DNA from: Candidatus Zixiibacteriota bacterium
Lineage (GTDB): Bacteria > Zixibacteria > MSB-5A5 > GN15 > FEB-12
Direction of reading: 5' to 3'
DNA: 45,729 nt
NCBI GenBank assembly: GCA_041742355.1
Contig: JBGSIV010000300.1
Location: forward strand, 1 to 45,729
Below are positions 30,649 to 40,753 of this stretch, piece by piece. Under the pieces are notes generated by a model. That model ran no database searches. It saw nothing but the letters and a program-made list of their open reading frames with translations, and was not told the DNA's origin. Numbering within the stretch: position 1 is the first letter of the stretch; every line of letters starts with the position of its first letter. A program made the position numbers and the translations under genes.

Positions 30649-31593
30649 ATGCGGATGACTCACCGAATTAGCTTGCCTGGCGTCCTTGCCCTCGCTGTCG
30701 TGCTTGTGGCCGTTTCGGCTCCCGCCGTTCTTTCGGCCGATCTTCCTGCCATTGTATTTGAGCTACCCGACACGACCGCTCCGGCCGGAGATCATTTGGT
30801 CTGGCTGACGTTGCGCTTGAGCAACTATGCCGATACGGTTGCCGGTGTGCAGTTTCAGCTTCGCCTCGATCGCCCCGACCTTATCCGGTTCGACCTTTCG
30901 GGGCCGGATTTTGATACGGCCAGCTCGTTGCTTGGCAGGTACGAGATGGTCCTCGGCCGGGATACCGCTGCCGATCACAGCCGCTACAACTTTATCGGCC
31001 TTGCTAACATTCCGCAGTCGGGGCCCGACTATCTCGGCTTCCCGCCGCAGGCCGGCGACGTTCTCGTGCGTATCCCGGTCCGGACGGCGGCCGATCCCGA
31101 TCCCGGGGCCGGTTTGGTCTGCACGATTGACGTGCTGTCGCCGATTGTCTTTTCCGACCCGTCCGGCAACGCCATCGGCTGGCATGTGACCGACACGGTG
31201 CTGGACACCATATTCTACAAGTGCACGATGTGGGAGGAAGGGGCCTGCCTCTCGTGGATTTCGGTCGATCCGGCCGTTTCTACCTACGACTCGATGTATA
31301 TCTTCGAGATCTACACGGAAGAACCCGACCCGACGCAGCTTATTGTCGGCACCGGTCGAATCACGGTGCTTCCCGACGGGCTCCTGACGTGCGATCACAA
31401 TGCCGATGGAACATATAGTGTAACCGACCTGACCTGTCTGGTGAGCTACCTCTTCCGGACAGCCGGGTCGAATTGCCCGAATATGATGTGCGACTGCGAC
31501 GCTTCGGGAAACAATCCGTCGGTGCCGAACGTGGCTGACCTCACCTGTATGGTGGGATTCATCTTCCGGGGAGGACCGCCCCCCGGCGAATAG
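30649..31593 (+). CDS. Secreted protein with a cohesin-like beta-sandwich and a C-terminal dockerin-like domain
   Basis: Signal peptide, 'LPDTTAPAGD.LVWLTLRLSN...VAGVQFQL', and a duplicated C-terminal motif 'CDHNADGTYSVTDLTCLVSYLF' / 'CDCDASG...NVADLTCMVGFIFRGGPPP'. AAAGGAG RBS. Confidence 0.7.
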   Translation: MRMTHRISLPGVLALAVVLVAVSAPAVLSADLPAIVFELPDTTAPAGDHLVWLTLRLSNYADTVAGVQFQLRLDRPDLIRFDLSGPDFDTASSLLGRYEMVLGRDTAADHSRYNFIGLANIPQSGPDYLGFPPQAGDVLVRIPVRTAADPDPGAGLVCTIDVLSPIVFSDPSGNAIGWHVTDTVLDTIFYKCTMWEEGACLSWISVDPAVSTYDSMYIFEIYTEEPDPTQLIVGTGRITVLPDGLLTCDHNADGTYSVTDLTCLVSYLFRTAGSNCPNMMCDCDASGNNPSVPNVADLTCMVGFIFRGGPPPGE

Positions 31594-31638
31594 GCCCTCA
31601 TTCGGTCCGCTTTCGCGTCGTCGCCATCCCGATACTGC

Positions 31639-31666
31639 TTGCAAGAATCGAGAAAGTTTGTATCTT
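31639..31666 (+). promoter_or_regulatory. sigma70-type promoter
   Basis: TTGCAA-N16-TATCTT upstream of the S8 protease gene. Confidence 0.5.
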
Positions 31667-31729
31667 TTGTGTAGTGCTCCGCCAAGAGACGCTGCCCGCC
31701 GGAAACTAATTTTTTGCCGAGGTGACATC

Positions 31730-34111
31730 GTGAAAGCGCGAATCCTGTCCGGGCTGATTCTATGCCTGTCCCTGTTTGCCACAGCCGGATCCGGCGAGGC
31801 CGCCGGAACCTCTCCCCTGGTCCGACCTGCCCCTGTTAAGAAGACGCTCGCAACCGCTCCTGTCGGGATCGAAAGCGGCACGGTAGTGTTCAAGCTGGCC
31901 GAGGGCCTCGGGCAGCCGGACCTGAGCGGCAACCGCTTCACTGCAATCGGTCCGCAGTGGGACCGTCTCAACCAGATTGTCGCCGGGCCGACCAAGGCCG
32001 CGCGTGAAGTGAGCGCGCACTTCACCCTCGATCGCGCCACGATGAATGAACTCCGTGAGGCCGCCATCGCCCGGTCGGGCCGGCCGATGCCCGATCTCAC
32101 GCTGTACCACCAGCTCCATTTCCCTCCCTCGGCGACGCCCGAGGAACGGATCGCCGCGATCAATGAGTTGAATGCCCTCGATATCGTCGAGATCGCCTAC
32201 TACCAGCCGGCGCCGGAACCGGCCGGGTGGGTTGGCGCCAGCCCGATCGCGGTGGCCTCGGCCCAGTTGTCCCCCAACTGGGAGAACAACCAGTACTACC
32301 TCAAGGCGGCTCCGACGGGTGTTGACGCTTACTATGCGTGGAATTACTCCGGCGGTAAGGGTGAGGGAGTCAAGGTTATCGATATCGAAGGGAACTGGAT
32401 CCAGACGCATGAGGATCTGAAGGGCGGCGTGACGAATTTCCATATCGCGGGTACCCGCATCAATGATCCGGGCTGGTACAACCACGGCACCGCGGTGCTC
32501 GGCGAAATAGCCGCCGACTCCAACTCATTTGGCATGACCGGCATCGCGTTCGACGTCAACCTCGGCACCATTTCGGTCGGCTCGATGTCGACGGCGCAGG
32601 CGCTTCTGACGGCGGTGGCCAACTCCGATACCGGCGACGTCTTCCTCATTGAGCTGCATGCCCCCGGCCCGCACTACAATTTCGAGAGCCGCGACGACCA
32701 GCTCGGCTATATTCCGATGGAGTACTGGCAGGATACGTTTGATGCTATCCTGCAGGCTTCGGCCCTCGGCCGCATTGTCATCGAAGCCGGCGGCAACGGC
32801 AACGAGAATCTCGACAACGTCAGTATTTACGGCGATCTCTTCGACCCGAGCTACCGCTTCTCCGGGGCGATCATGGTCGGCGCCACCAGCAGTTCGCATG
32901 TCCCGGCCAGCTTCACGAACTACGGCCAGCGGGTCGATGTCCACGCGTTCGGCACGTGGGATGTTTACACGCTGGGCTACGGCGATCTCTACGGTTCCTC
33001 GAGCAACAATCATTACACCGCCACGTTCGCCGGGACGTCGTCGGCCTCCCCCATCATCACCGGGGCAGCCGCGGTGCTTCAGGGGCTCAACAAGGCGGCC
33101 CACGGGCGGATTCTCTATCACGACGAGATCCGGTACCTGATGCAGACGTTTTCGACGCCGCAGGCGCCGCATTCCAAGCATGTCGGCCCGCTCCCCGACC
33201 TCCGGGGCGCGGTTGACCAGGTTATCGGCGTTTCGTTTGCCGCCGACACGACGGTCGGCTGGGTGCCGTTCGATGTTTCATTTGAAGGGAGTTCCGGCTT
33301 TGAGGTTTCCTCGTGGACGTGGGCGTTTGGCGACGGTGACTCGGCGTTTGTTCAGTCGCCCATCCATAATTACGACCAGGCCGGGCTTTACACGGTCTCG
33401 CTCCAGGTTGAAGCCGACGGCCAGTACCGGACGGCCCAGCGAACCAACTACATCATCGCTCTGGCCGACAGTCTGATCCCCTCCGGCGCTCAGGCGGCGG
33501 CGGGCGACACGGTCGAAGTCCTTATTCGGGGTCGGAACATCACGCCGCTTCGAATTATCGACATCCCGATTGAATACCCCGGCGACCTGCCGATGTCGTT
33601 TGCCGGCTACAGCACGGACGGGTGCCGCACCGATTACTTTGAGATCAAAAGCCTTTCCAGCGAGGATCCGGTCGGACGGCGTCTGTCGATTCGTCTGACC
33701 AGTTCCACCGGCGGCACTTCTCCGGCTCTCGAGCCGGGCGAGGGCCCGCTCCTGAAGGTCCGTTTCGTCATCGAGCCGACCGCCGACCCGTCGCAGAGCG
33801 CGACCATTGTGCTCGATGGCTACTCGACCTACCTGCCGAAGTTCACGACGACTTCCTTTACGTACAATCCCCTGACCCCTGTGTCCGCGACGGTGACTGT
33901 CTGCCCGCCTCATGGGGATGTGGACCCGTACCCGGGGATTACCGTTTCTGATCTCACGTACATGGTAAACTTCCTGTTCCGGCAGGGCCTGCCCCCGTCG
34001 CCGCTGGAGACCGGGGACGCCAACTGTGACGGGAAGGTGGCGGTTTCTGATTTGACCTTCCTGGTCAACTACCTGTTTAAGGGCGGCGCTGAGCCCTGCA
34101 CGTGCTTGTAA
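31730..34111 (+). CDS. S8 (subtilisin-like) serine peptidase with PKD, cohesin-like and dockerin-like domains
   Basis: Catalytic triad VIDIE, HGTAVLG and GTSSASP. PKD 'WTWAFGDG....H.Y..AGLYTVSL'. C-terminal 'GDVD....ITVSDLTYMVNFLF' / 'GDANCDGKVAVSDLTFLVNYLFKGG'. GTG start after GAGGTG. Confidence 0.88.
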   Translation: MKARILSGLILCLSLFATAGSGEAAGTSPLVRPAPVKKTLATAPVGIESGTVVFKLAEGLGQPDLSGNRFTAIGPQWDRLNQIVAGPTKAAREVSAHFTLDRATMNELREAAIARSGRPMPDLTLYHQLHFPPSATPEERIAAINELNALDIVEIAYYQPAPEPAGWVGASPIAVASAQLSPNWENNQYYLKAAPTGVDAYYAWNYSGGKGEGVKVIDIEGNWIQTHEDLKGGVTNFHIAGTRINDPGWYNHGTAVLGEIAADSNSFGMTGIAFDVNLGTISVGSMSTAQALLTAVANSDTGDVFLIELHAPGPHYNFESRDDQLGYIPMEYWQDTFDAILQASALGRIVIEAGGNGNENLDNVSIYGDLFDPSYRFSGAIMVGATSSSHVPASFTNYGQRVDVHAFGTWDVYTLGYGDLYGSSSNNHYTATFAGTSSASPIITGAAAVLQGLNKAAHGRILYHDEIRYLMQTFSTPQAPHSKHVGPLPDLRGAVDQVIGVSFAADTTVGWVPFDVSFEGSSGFEVSSWTWAFGDGDSAFVQSPIHNYDQAGLYTVSLQVEADGQYRTAQRTNYIIALADSLIPSGAQAAAGDTVEVLIRGRNITPLRIIDIPIEYPGDLPMSFAGYSTDGCRTDYFEIKSLSSEDPVGRRLSIRLTSSTGGTSPALEPGEGPLLKVRFVIEPTADPSQSATIVLDGYSTYLPKFTTTSFTYNPLTPVSATVTVCPPHGDVDPYPGITVSDLTYMVNFLFRQGLPPSPLETGDANCDGKVAVSDLTFLVNYLFKGGAEPCTCL

Positions 34112-34137
34112 CAGGCGCTTTTCCTTTGGCAAGTAAT

Positions 34138-34170
34138 GCGGCGCTGCTTTCCCGGCAGCGCCGCTTCCTT
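34138..34170 (+). terminator. Probable terminator after the S8 peptidase gene
   Basis: GCGGCGCTGC-tttcccg-GCAGCGCCGC followed by TTCCTT. Confidence 0.6.
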
Positions 34171-34305
34171 ATGTCCCCGGCCTGAAAGCTCTTGCGGAGA
34201 ATGCCCTGATTTGGTAGCTTCCCACCAATACGCGGCGTTCCGCAGTTAAACGAATAGCCGCGGCCACCGTCCATTGACAGGTCAACCATAACCGGCCAGG
34301 TGCCT

Positions 34306-36855
34306 ATGTTCACCGTGATGCGCCCAGTACTGGTCCTTCTGCTGTTTGTCGTTACGCTCGCCTCGACCGCCATGGGGCGTTCCGAATTTGCCGGGACGAA
34401 TGATCGGCGGGGCGGTTCCATGGCGCTCCAGTCGCCGGAGGTGCCGCTGTGCGCCGCCGCCCATCGCGTGGGTCAGATTGTCCTCGCGGTCAACAACAAC
34501 GGCACGTTCGGCACCGGTTTCTCCCTCGGCGCCAGCGGCGACTGTTTCACGGGCGGGCAGGTCAACTCGTGCGAATATCCCAAGGGAAGCAGCACCCAGT
34601 ATCTCTTTGCCGGTTGTTTCTGGATCGGCGCGGTCATCGGCCGCGATACGGTCGTGTCGGTCGGGGCGGACGGCTGGTCATCGGTGCGCGAGATCTTTCC
34701 TTTCCGCCAGCCGATGATCAAGCGCTCGATTATCGACCCCGAGTCTCCCGACTTCGAATTTGCCGTTTCCGAAGAGGACTATATCTGCACGTACACGGAC
34801 ACCTACACCGTGGGCGTCCCCGCCTCCTTCGGTCAACCGCACATACCGATCAATATCGCCGTCAAAGAGCAGTCCTACGCCTGGTCGTATGCCTACGCTG
34901 AGGACTTCGTGCTGTTCGACTACCAGGTCACCAGCATGAATACGCGCACCATCGAGGAGCTCTATTTGGGGCTTTATGTCGATGCGGACGTGTACTTCGA
35001 TCAGAGCGGTAACGGTTATGCCGACGACGTGACCGGTTTTCTCCAGACGCAGACGCGCCAGTACGGGGGCTGCAGCTACCTCGACACGGTCAACATAGCC
35101 TGGCTGGCCGACAACGACGGCGACCTGGACGCTCTGAACCCGGTGCCCCATGTGACCGGCACCCGCATCGTCCGCACGCCCGCCGAGACGCTGCAGATTT
35201 CGTACAACTGGTGGTTCTCCTCTGGCGCGACCGCGCTTGATTTCGGGCCCCGCGAGCGCCCCAATGTCGGGCGGCTCAAAGAGCCCTTCCGCGACTTCGG
35301 CACCGGTGGCACGGGCACCCCTGAAGGTGACCGCAACAAGTACTACATCATGCGCAACCAGGAGTTCGATTACGACCAGGCCCGGGTGGCGTCAATCAGC
35401 GCCAACGACAGCCTCTGGCTCCAGCCCAACCCGGACAACGTCGAGGCGTGGGCTGTCGGGAAGGACACCCGTTACCTGCTCTCGTTCGGTCCGTTCGAGA
35501 TTCTTCCCGGCCAGACGCTCCCGCTCTCGTTCGCGTATGTCGGCGGCCGGGATCTCCACACCGTGCCCGGCAACACCGCGAATTTGCCGTATGATTTTGA
35601 GGCGTACTACGAGAATCTCGACTTCTCCGACCTCGCCGACAACGCTGCCTGGGCCGGATGGATCTACGATAATCCGGGGGTTGACACCGACAGCGATGGT
35701 TTCGCCGGAGAGTACCGCTTGTGCCCTCTTGATTCCATTCCTGCCGACACGGGGTGGCTCGTCACGAGGTACGACACCATATGGTTTGTCGGCGACGGGA
35801 TCCCCGACTTCCGTGGCGCGACCCCTCCGCCCGCCCCGAAATTCTGGCTGCATCCGTCGTACAGCCAAATCCATGTCCGCTTCAACGGCTCCCGCTCGGA
35901 GACGGCCAAGGATCTCTTCACCCGCGAGATTGACTTCGAAGGCTACCGCATTTACATCGGGCGGGATAATCGCGAATCGAGCTACAGCACGGTCACCTCG
36001 TACGACCGCGAGAACTTCAACCGGCTCGGATGGAGCCCGGAGCGGAGAGTCTGGGTGCCTTCCGAGACTCCCTTCAGCCGAAGCGAGCTTGCCTGCCTGT
36101 ACGGCGACTCCTGCAACGATCCCGACTTTGACCCGCTCCGGTATACCCGGGTCAATCCCTGGGTGAGCCCGGAGGATCCCGATGAGCGTTACTTCTTCAC
36201 CCAGCAGGACTACAACAGCTCACAGCTCGGGATTCCCGGAGCTATCCGCAAGGTCTACCCTGACCAGCCGGTCCCGTCGCACAACAACCCGGATTCCGCC
36301 GATCCCAGCGAGCTGACGGCGGAGCGGTTGTTCAAATACTACGAGTACGAATTTACGATTGAGAATCTGCTCCCCACCGTTCCCTACTATGTCAACGTGA
36401 CCGCTTTCGACTACGGCTCTCCCCGGTCCGGGCTGCCCGCTCTTGAAACATCCGTCACAATCGGGGCCGAGTATGTTATCCCGTACTCCGACCCAGACGA
36501 GATTGCCCGGTCCGAACCGAAGGTTGTCGCCTACCCTAACCCCTACCGGCTTGACGCCGCCTACCGGGGTATGGGCTTCGAAGGGCGATCCGAGGTCGAC
36601 CGGCCCGATGATCGGGTGCGGAAAATCATGTTTGCGAACCTGCCGCCAAGATGCTTGATCACCATCTTCACGATTGACGGTGACCTCGTGCGCAAGATCG
36701 ACCACGACATGTCGCCGGATGACCCCAACGCTTCGTATGACGAGTGGGACCTGATTACGCGCAACACCCAGATGATCGTGTCGGGCCTGTACTACTTCAC
36801 GGTCGAAGCCGAGGGACGAGAGACTCAGATCGGTAAGATCGCCATCATCAAGTGA
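34306..36855 (+). CDS. Large secreted hypothetical protein with an Fn3-like segment and a T9SS/FlgD-like C-terminal domain, paralog 1
   Basis: Signal peptide, 'PPPAP...DFEGYRIY...YYVNVTAFD', and C-terminus 'YPNPY...FANLP..C.ITIFTIDGDLVRKIDH...WDLITRNTQ.IVSGLYYFTVE...GKIAIIK'. Start 34300-34318. Confidence 0.75.
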   Translation: MFTVMRPVLVLLLFVVTLASTAMGRSEFAGTNDRRGGSMALQSPEVPLCAAAHRVGQIVLAVNNNGTFGTGFSLGASGDCFTGGQVNSCEYPKGSSTQYLFAGCFWIGAVIGRDTVVSVGADGWSSVREIFPFRQPMIKRSIIDPESPDFEFAVSEEDYICTYTDTYTVGVPASFGQPHIPINIAVKEQSYAWSYAYAEDFVLFDYQVTSMNTRTIEELYLGLYVDADVYFDQSGNGYADDVTGFLQTQTRQYGGCSYLDTVNIAWLADNDGDLDALNPVPHVTGTRIVRTPAETLQISYNWWFSSGATALDFGPRERPNVGRLKEPFRDFGTGGTGTPEGDRNKYYIMRNQEFDYDQARVASISANDSLWLQPNPDNVEAWAVGKDTRYLLSFGPFEILPGQTLPLSFAYVGGRDLHTVPGNTANLPYDFEAYYENLDFSDLADNAAWAGWIYDNPGVDTDSDGFAGEYRLCPLDSIPADTGWLVTRYDTIWFVGDGIPDFRGATPPPAPKFWLHPSYSQIHVRFNGSRSETAKDLFTREIDFEGYRIYIGRDNRESSYSTVTSYDRENFNRLGWSPERRVWVPSETPFSRSELACLYGDSCNDPDFDPLRYTRVNPWVSPEDPDERYFFTQQDYNSSQLGIPGAIRKVYPDQPVPSHNNPDSADPSELTAERLFKYYEYEFTIENLLPTVPYYVNVTAFDYGSPRSGLPALETSVTIGAEYVIPYSDPDEIARSEPKVVAYPNPYRLDAAYRGMGFEGRSEVDRPDDRVRKIMFANLPPRCLITIFTIDGDLVRKIDHDMSPDDPNASYDEWDLITRNTQMIVSGLYYFTVEAEGRETQIGKIAIIK

Positions 36856-36859
36856 CGGA

Positions 36860-39472
36860 ATGCGCTCCATGAAATACCGGACCACCCCGACATTGGTGTA
36901 CCTCGCAGTAATGCTGATTCTTTTTGTCTCGTTTGTTCCGAGCGGGATCTCGGCACGCGACCTGACGCCGAAACAGCAGCGTGTCGCCGGCTTCGGGCAA
37001 CCCCTCATGGCCGCCGGCCCCACCTATTACTACATGGGTCACACCCGCGGCAACATTCAGCTCGCGATCGCCAATAACGGTACGTTCGGCACGCTCGGCA
37101 GTTCTATCGCCGACCCCATTACCGGTGAATCCATTCCGTCGTGCATTTACCCCAAGAACACGGACCTTGTCTACCTCTGGGTCGCCGCTGTCTGGATCGG
37201 TGGCGTGGTGGGCCGCGATACGCTCGTTTCAGTCGGCAACGAGGATTTCTACGTCACCACCGAGTTCTGGCCGGTTGACTACGACAACGAGTACCTGCAG
37301 ACCCCCACCGGCTTCAAGATGCGCTCGATCGACATCAACAGTCCGTTCTACCACCCGGATGCGGTCTCCGAGGAGGATATTGTCTGCGAATACGCCGATA
37401 CGCTCCGGGATCCGGCCATTGTCCAATCCGACAACTTCGACAACCGGCCGCATATACCGCTGGGTATCAAGGTGCGGCAGCGTTCCATGGCATGGAGCTA
37501 CTCGTACGCCGATGATTTCATCCTTTTCGATTACCAGATCGAGAATATCGGTGAGCGTGTGCTGAAGGATATTCACATCGGAGTCTATGTCGACGGCGAC
37601 GCCTGGCACACGACGCGCAATAACGAGTCGGGATGGAACGACGACATCGTCGGCTTCTACCCCTCTCACCCGGCCCCCGAGGGGTGCGGTTTCCGCGACA
37701 CGATCAATGTCGCGTACCATGCCGACAACGACGGTGATCCGGACGGTGGCGCGTGGAACGACGCTTCGATTCCGCATGTGGTCGGCGTCCGGGTAGTGCG
37801 GACGCCCGCCGAGAGCCCGGAGTATTCCTATAACTGGTGGATCACGAACTATTCGGACGCCGCCCGGGATTTCGGTCCTCGTCAGCGTCCGCGTCCCGGC
37901 GATCCCTACCGGGATTTCGGTGAGCGCATGGGCACGCCGCTGGGCGACCGAAACAAGTACTACCTGCTCCGGCACCAGGAGTTCGACTATGATCTGCTGT
38001 ATACCGCGACTATCGGTTCCAACGACACAACGTGGCTGCAGCCGCCGCCCGACGATGCCGCCGTTTATGCCACCGGCTTCGACTGCCGGTACCTGCTCTC
38101 GTTCGGGCCATTTGACATTCTCCCCGGTCAGCGCCTCCCGGTTTCGTTCGCCTGGCTCGGAGGGGAGGATTTCCACACGGATCCCAACGGCTTTGACAAC
38201 CTCTTTGATCCGCTGAACCCGACGCCGTTCTACGAGTACCTGAATTTCGAGAACCTGGCGGCCAATTCGCGCTGGGCGTCCTGGGTCTACGACAATCCCG
38301 GTGTCGACACCGACAGCGACGGTTACTACGGAAAGTACCGCGTGTGTGTGCTCGATTCGGCCGAGGTCGACACGGGCGGCGGCACTACCTGGGAACCGGT
38401 GCGATCCGATACGACGTGGTTTGAGGGGGACGGTATCCCCGACTTCCGCGGCGCCGGCCCGCCGCCTGCACCCCGTATCCGGATTATCCCGTCCGACGGC
38501 AAGCTGACGATTCGGTGGAACGGCTACTACAGCGAAACCACCGAAGACGTGTTCCTCAATGCCATCGATTTTGAGGGCTACCGCGTGTACACCGGCCGCG
38601 ACGATCGCCCCGGCAGTCTCTCGATGGTGGCTTCGTTCGACCACGAGAACTACAATCGCCACATTTTCAATGAAATTGCCGAGGAGTGGGAGGTTCAGGA
38701 AACGCCTTATACCCTCGACTCGCTGAGAATCCTCTATGATGATCCCGACCTCGATCCGCTCCGGTACAGCCGCTCCCGCCCGCTCATCTGGCAGGGCCAG
38801 AAACACTACTTCACGGCCCAGGACTTCAATCGATCATCTCTGACCAGTTCCGACGGTATCAGGAAAGTCTACCCCGACCAGTTCGCCCCCGATCCCGATC
38901 CGGCCAACTGGACCGAGGACGAACTGGTGGACGATTATGGGATTCCGCTCCCGAAGTACTATGAGTATGAGTACGTGGTCGAGGATCTGCTCTCCACCGT
39001 GCCGTACTATGTATCCGTGACCGCTTTCGATTTCGGCTCTCCGCGAGCCGGACTCCCAGCGCTCGAGACCGACCCGACCAACAGCCTCCAGATCGAGTAT
39101 GCCCAGGTGCCGGCCGACACGGTTGAGGCGATGCAACTCGATGTCTACGTCTACCCCAATCCGTATCGTATCGACGCCGACTATCGGGGGCTCGGTTTCG
39201 AGGGCCGCACCGACCTCGACCGGCCCGACGATCGCGTGCGGGCTATCCACTTCGCTAACCTGCCGCACAAGTGCCGGATCAGCATATTCTCGCTCGACGG
39301 CGATTTGATCAAGGAAATCGAACACGACAAAGCCCCGGGCGATCCCGGCTCCAGTCACGAGGAGTGGGACCTGATCACGCGCAACACCCAGGCCATCGCC
39401 AGCGGGTTGTACTACTATGTCGTGGAGTCGGACGATCGGACGCAGATCGGCAAGTTTGCCGTTATTCGGTAA
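36860..39472 (+). CDS. Large secreted hypothetical protein, paralog 2 of the preceding gene
   Basis: Same architecture and many shared blocks: NNGTFG, YDNPGVDTDSDG, GDGIPDFRGA, DRPDDRVR, WDLITRNTQ. Confidence 0.75.
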   Translation: MRSMKYRTTPTLVYLAVMLILFVSFVPSGISARDLTPKQQRVAGFGQPLMAAGPTYYYMGHTRGNIQLAIANNGTFGTLGSSIADPITGESIPSCIYPKNTDLVYLWVAAVWIGGVVGRDTLVSVGNEDFYVTTEFWPVDYDNEYLQTPTGFKMRSIDINSPFYHPDAVSEEDIVCEYADTLRDPAIVQSDNFDNRPHIPLGIKVRQRSMAWSYSYADDFILFDYQIENIGERVLKDIHIGVYVDGDAWHTTRNNESGWNDDIVGFYPSHPAPEGCGFRDTINVAYHADNDGDPDGGAWNDASIPHVVGVRVVRTPAESPEYSYNWWITNYSDAARDFGPRQRPRPGDPYRDFGERMGTPLGDRNKYYLLRHQEFDYDLLYTATIGSNDTTWLQPPPDDAAVYATGFDCRYLLSFGPFDILPGQRLPVSFAWLGGEDFHTDPNGFDNLFDPLNPTPFYEYLNFENLAANSRWASWVYDNPGVDTDSDGYYGKYRVCVLDSAEVDTGGGTTWEPVRSDTTWFEGDGIPDFRGAGPPPAPRIRIIPSDGKLTIRWNGYYSETTEDVFLNAIDFEGYRVYTGRDDRPGSLSMVASFDHENYNRHIFNEIAEEWEVQETPYTLDSLRILYDDPDLDPLRYSRSRPLIWQGQKHYFTAQDFNRSSLTSSDGIRKVYPDQFAPDPDPANWTEDELVDDYGIPLPKYYEYEYVVEDLLSTVPYYVSVTAFDFGSPRAGLPALETDPTNSLQIEYAQVPADTVEAMQLDVYVYPNPYRIDADYRGLGFEGRTDLDRPDDRVRAIHFANLPHKCRISIFSLDGDLIKEIEHDKAPGDPGSSHEEWDLITRNTQAIASGLYYYVVESDDRTQIGKFAVIR

Positions 39473-40703
39473 CGTGCTCGGACGACCGGCTGCGGTCGAT
39501 CGCCGGCGGCAGCAGCCGCCGCAACCAGAGATAGCCGAAACAGGCGACCAGCCCGACTGAGGAGATTAAGATCCAGGCCAACGCATGATTGTGTGAGAAG
39601 TGGTCCAGAATCACGCCGCCGTAGAGCGGGCCGAAAGACCACCCCGCTGCCACGACGAAGCCGTGAATCCCCATGTACCGCCCCATCCGTCCCTCCGGCG
39701 CCAGGCGCGAGGTCAGCGTCAAGGTCGGCGGCGACATGATCACCTCGCCCAACGTCACCACCATCATCACCATGGCGAAGTACTCGTAGCCGACGAATAT
39801 CCCCATCGTCCCGTATCCGACCGCATAGAGCAGCGCACCGGCCGCAATCTGTGCGGTCAGCGTGTACCGCGTGAGGAGCTTCGTCAAGGGGATCTGCAGG
39901 AGAACGACGACGAGGCCGTTGATCGTGTAGAGCGTGCCGAGTTCCGTTTTGCTGATGCCCGCCATTTCCACCGCATACACGGAAAACGGCACCATCAGCT
40001 GCGCCACCACGAGGTACAGCACAAACATGAGGGCCGCGTGCCGCAGCAGGAACGGGTCATCTTTTACCGCGACGATGTCGCGGAAGCGGAAGCGGTCGTT
40101 CGGCCGTGTTCCCTCGGGAACGTGCAGCAGGGTGTGGAATATGAGGCCCGAGAGCACGGCGATGACGGCGGAGACGATAAAAAGAGCCGAATAGGACCAG
40201 CCGGCGAGGTAGCCGCCGATCGCCGGTCCGGCTGCCCATCCCAGATTGCCGGCCGAGCGAGTGATGGCGTAGCCGTCCAACCACTGCTTTTTCGGCAGGA
40301 TGTCCGCCACAGTCGCGTTCGCAGCCGGCTGGAAAATCGCGCCGAAGATGGAATTGACCGTCAGCGCCGCCGCGGTCGGCCAGAATCCCAGGTTGAACGA
40401 AATCGAGCCCGCCATCGCCAGAAACGACAGCGCCCGGATGTACTGCGAATACACGAGCAGCCACCGCCGTTCGATGCGGTCGGACAGCTCTCCCCCCGCC
40501 GCCTGAAAGACCGATCGCACGACCGCCATGAACCCGAAAAACAACCCGATCTGGGTCATCTACATGCCGAATTCGGAGTGGAAGTAGATCGAAATGAACG
40601 GGAGACTGATGGCGAACCCGAGGGAGCTGTTGAACCAGCCGATCGAGAGAATCCACAGGCTCAAGTCAAACTGGCGGACATACTGGATGCTGCGCGCTAT
40701 CAT
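39462..40703 (-). pseudogene. MFS transporter interrupted by a single in-frame TAG (nonsense allele, sequencing error or readthrough)
   Basis: MIARSIQ...YFHSEFGM-TAG(40560-40562)-MTQIGLFFG..., all in one frame. MFS motif A 'GGELSDRIERR' and 'APEGRMGRYMG'. Confidence 0.75.
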
Positions 40704-40753
40704 ACTTCCCGTGAATAAACGCTGCCGCGGGCATTGTGACAAGAGGTATGATC

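Noticed and set aside
39462..40703. Genome-wide amber (TAG) reassignment
   Set aside because: TAG ends many genes here at their expected C-termini (both pilX, metalloprotease, LOG, glgP, M16 catalytic subunit).
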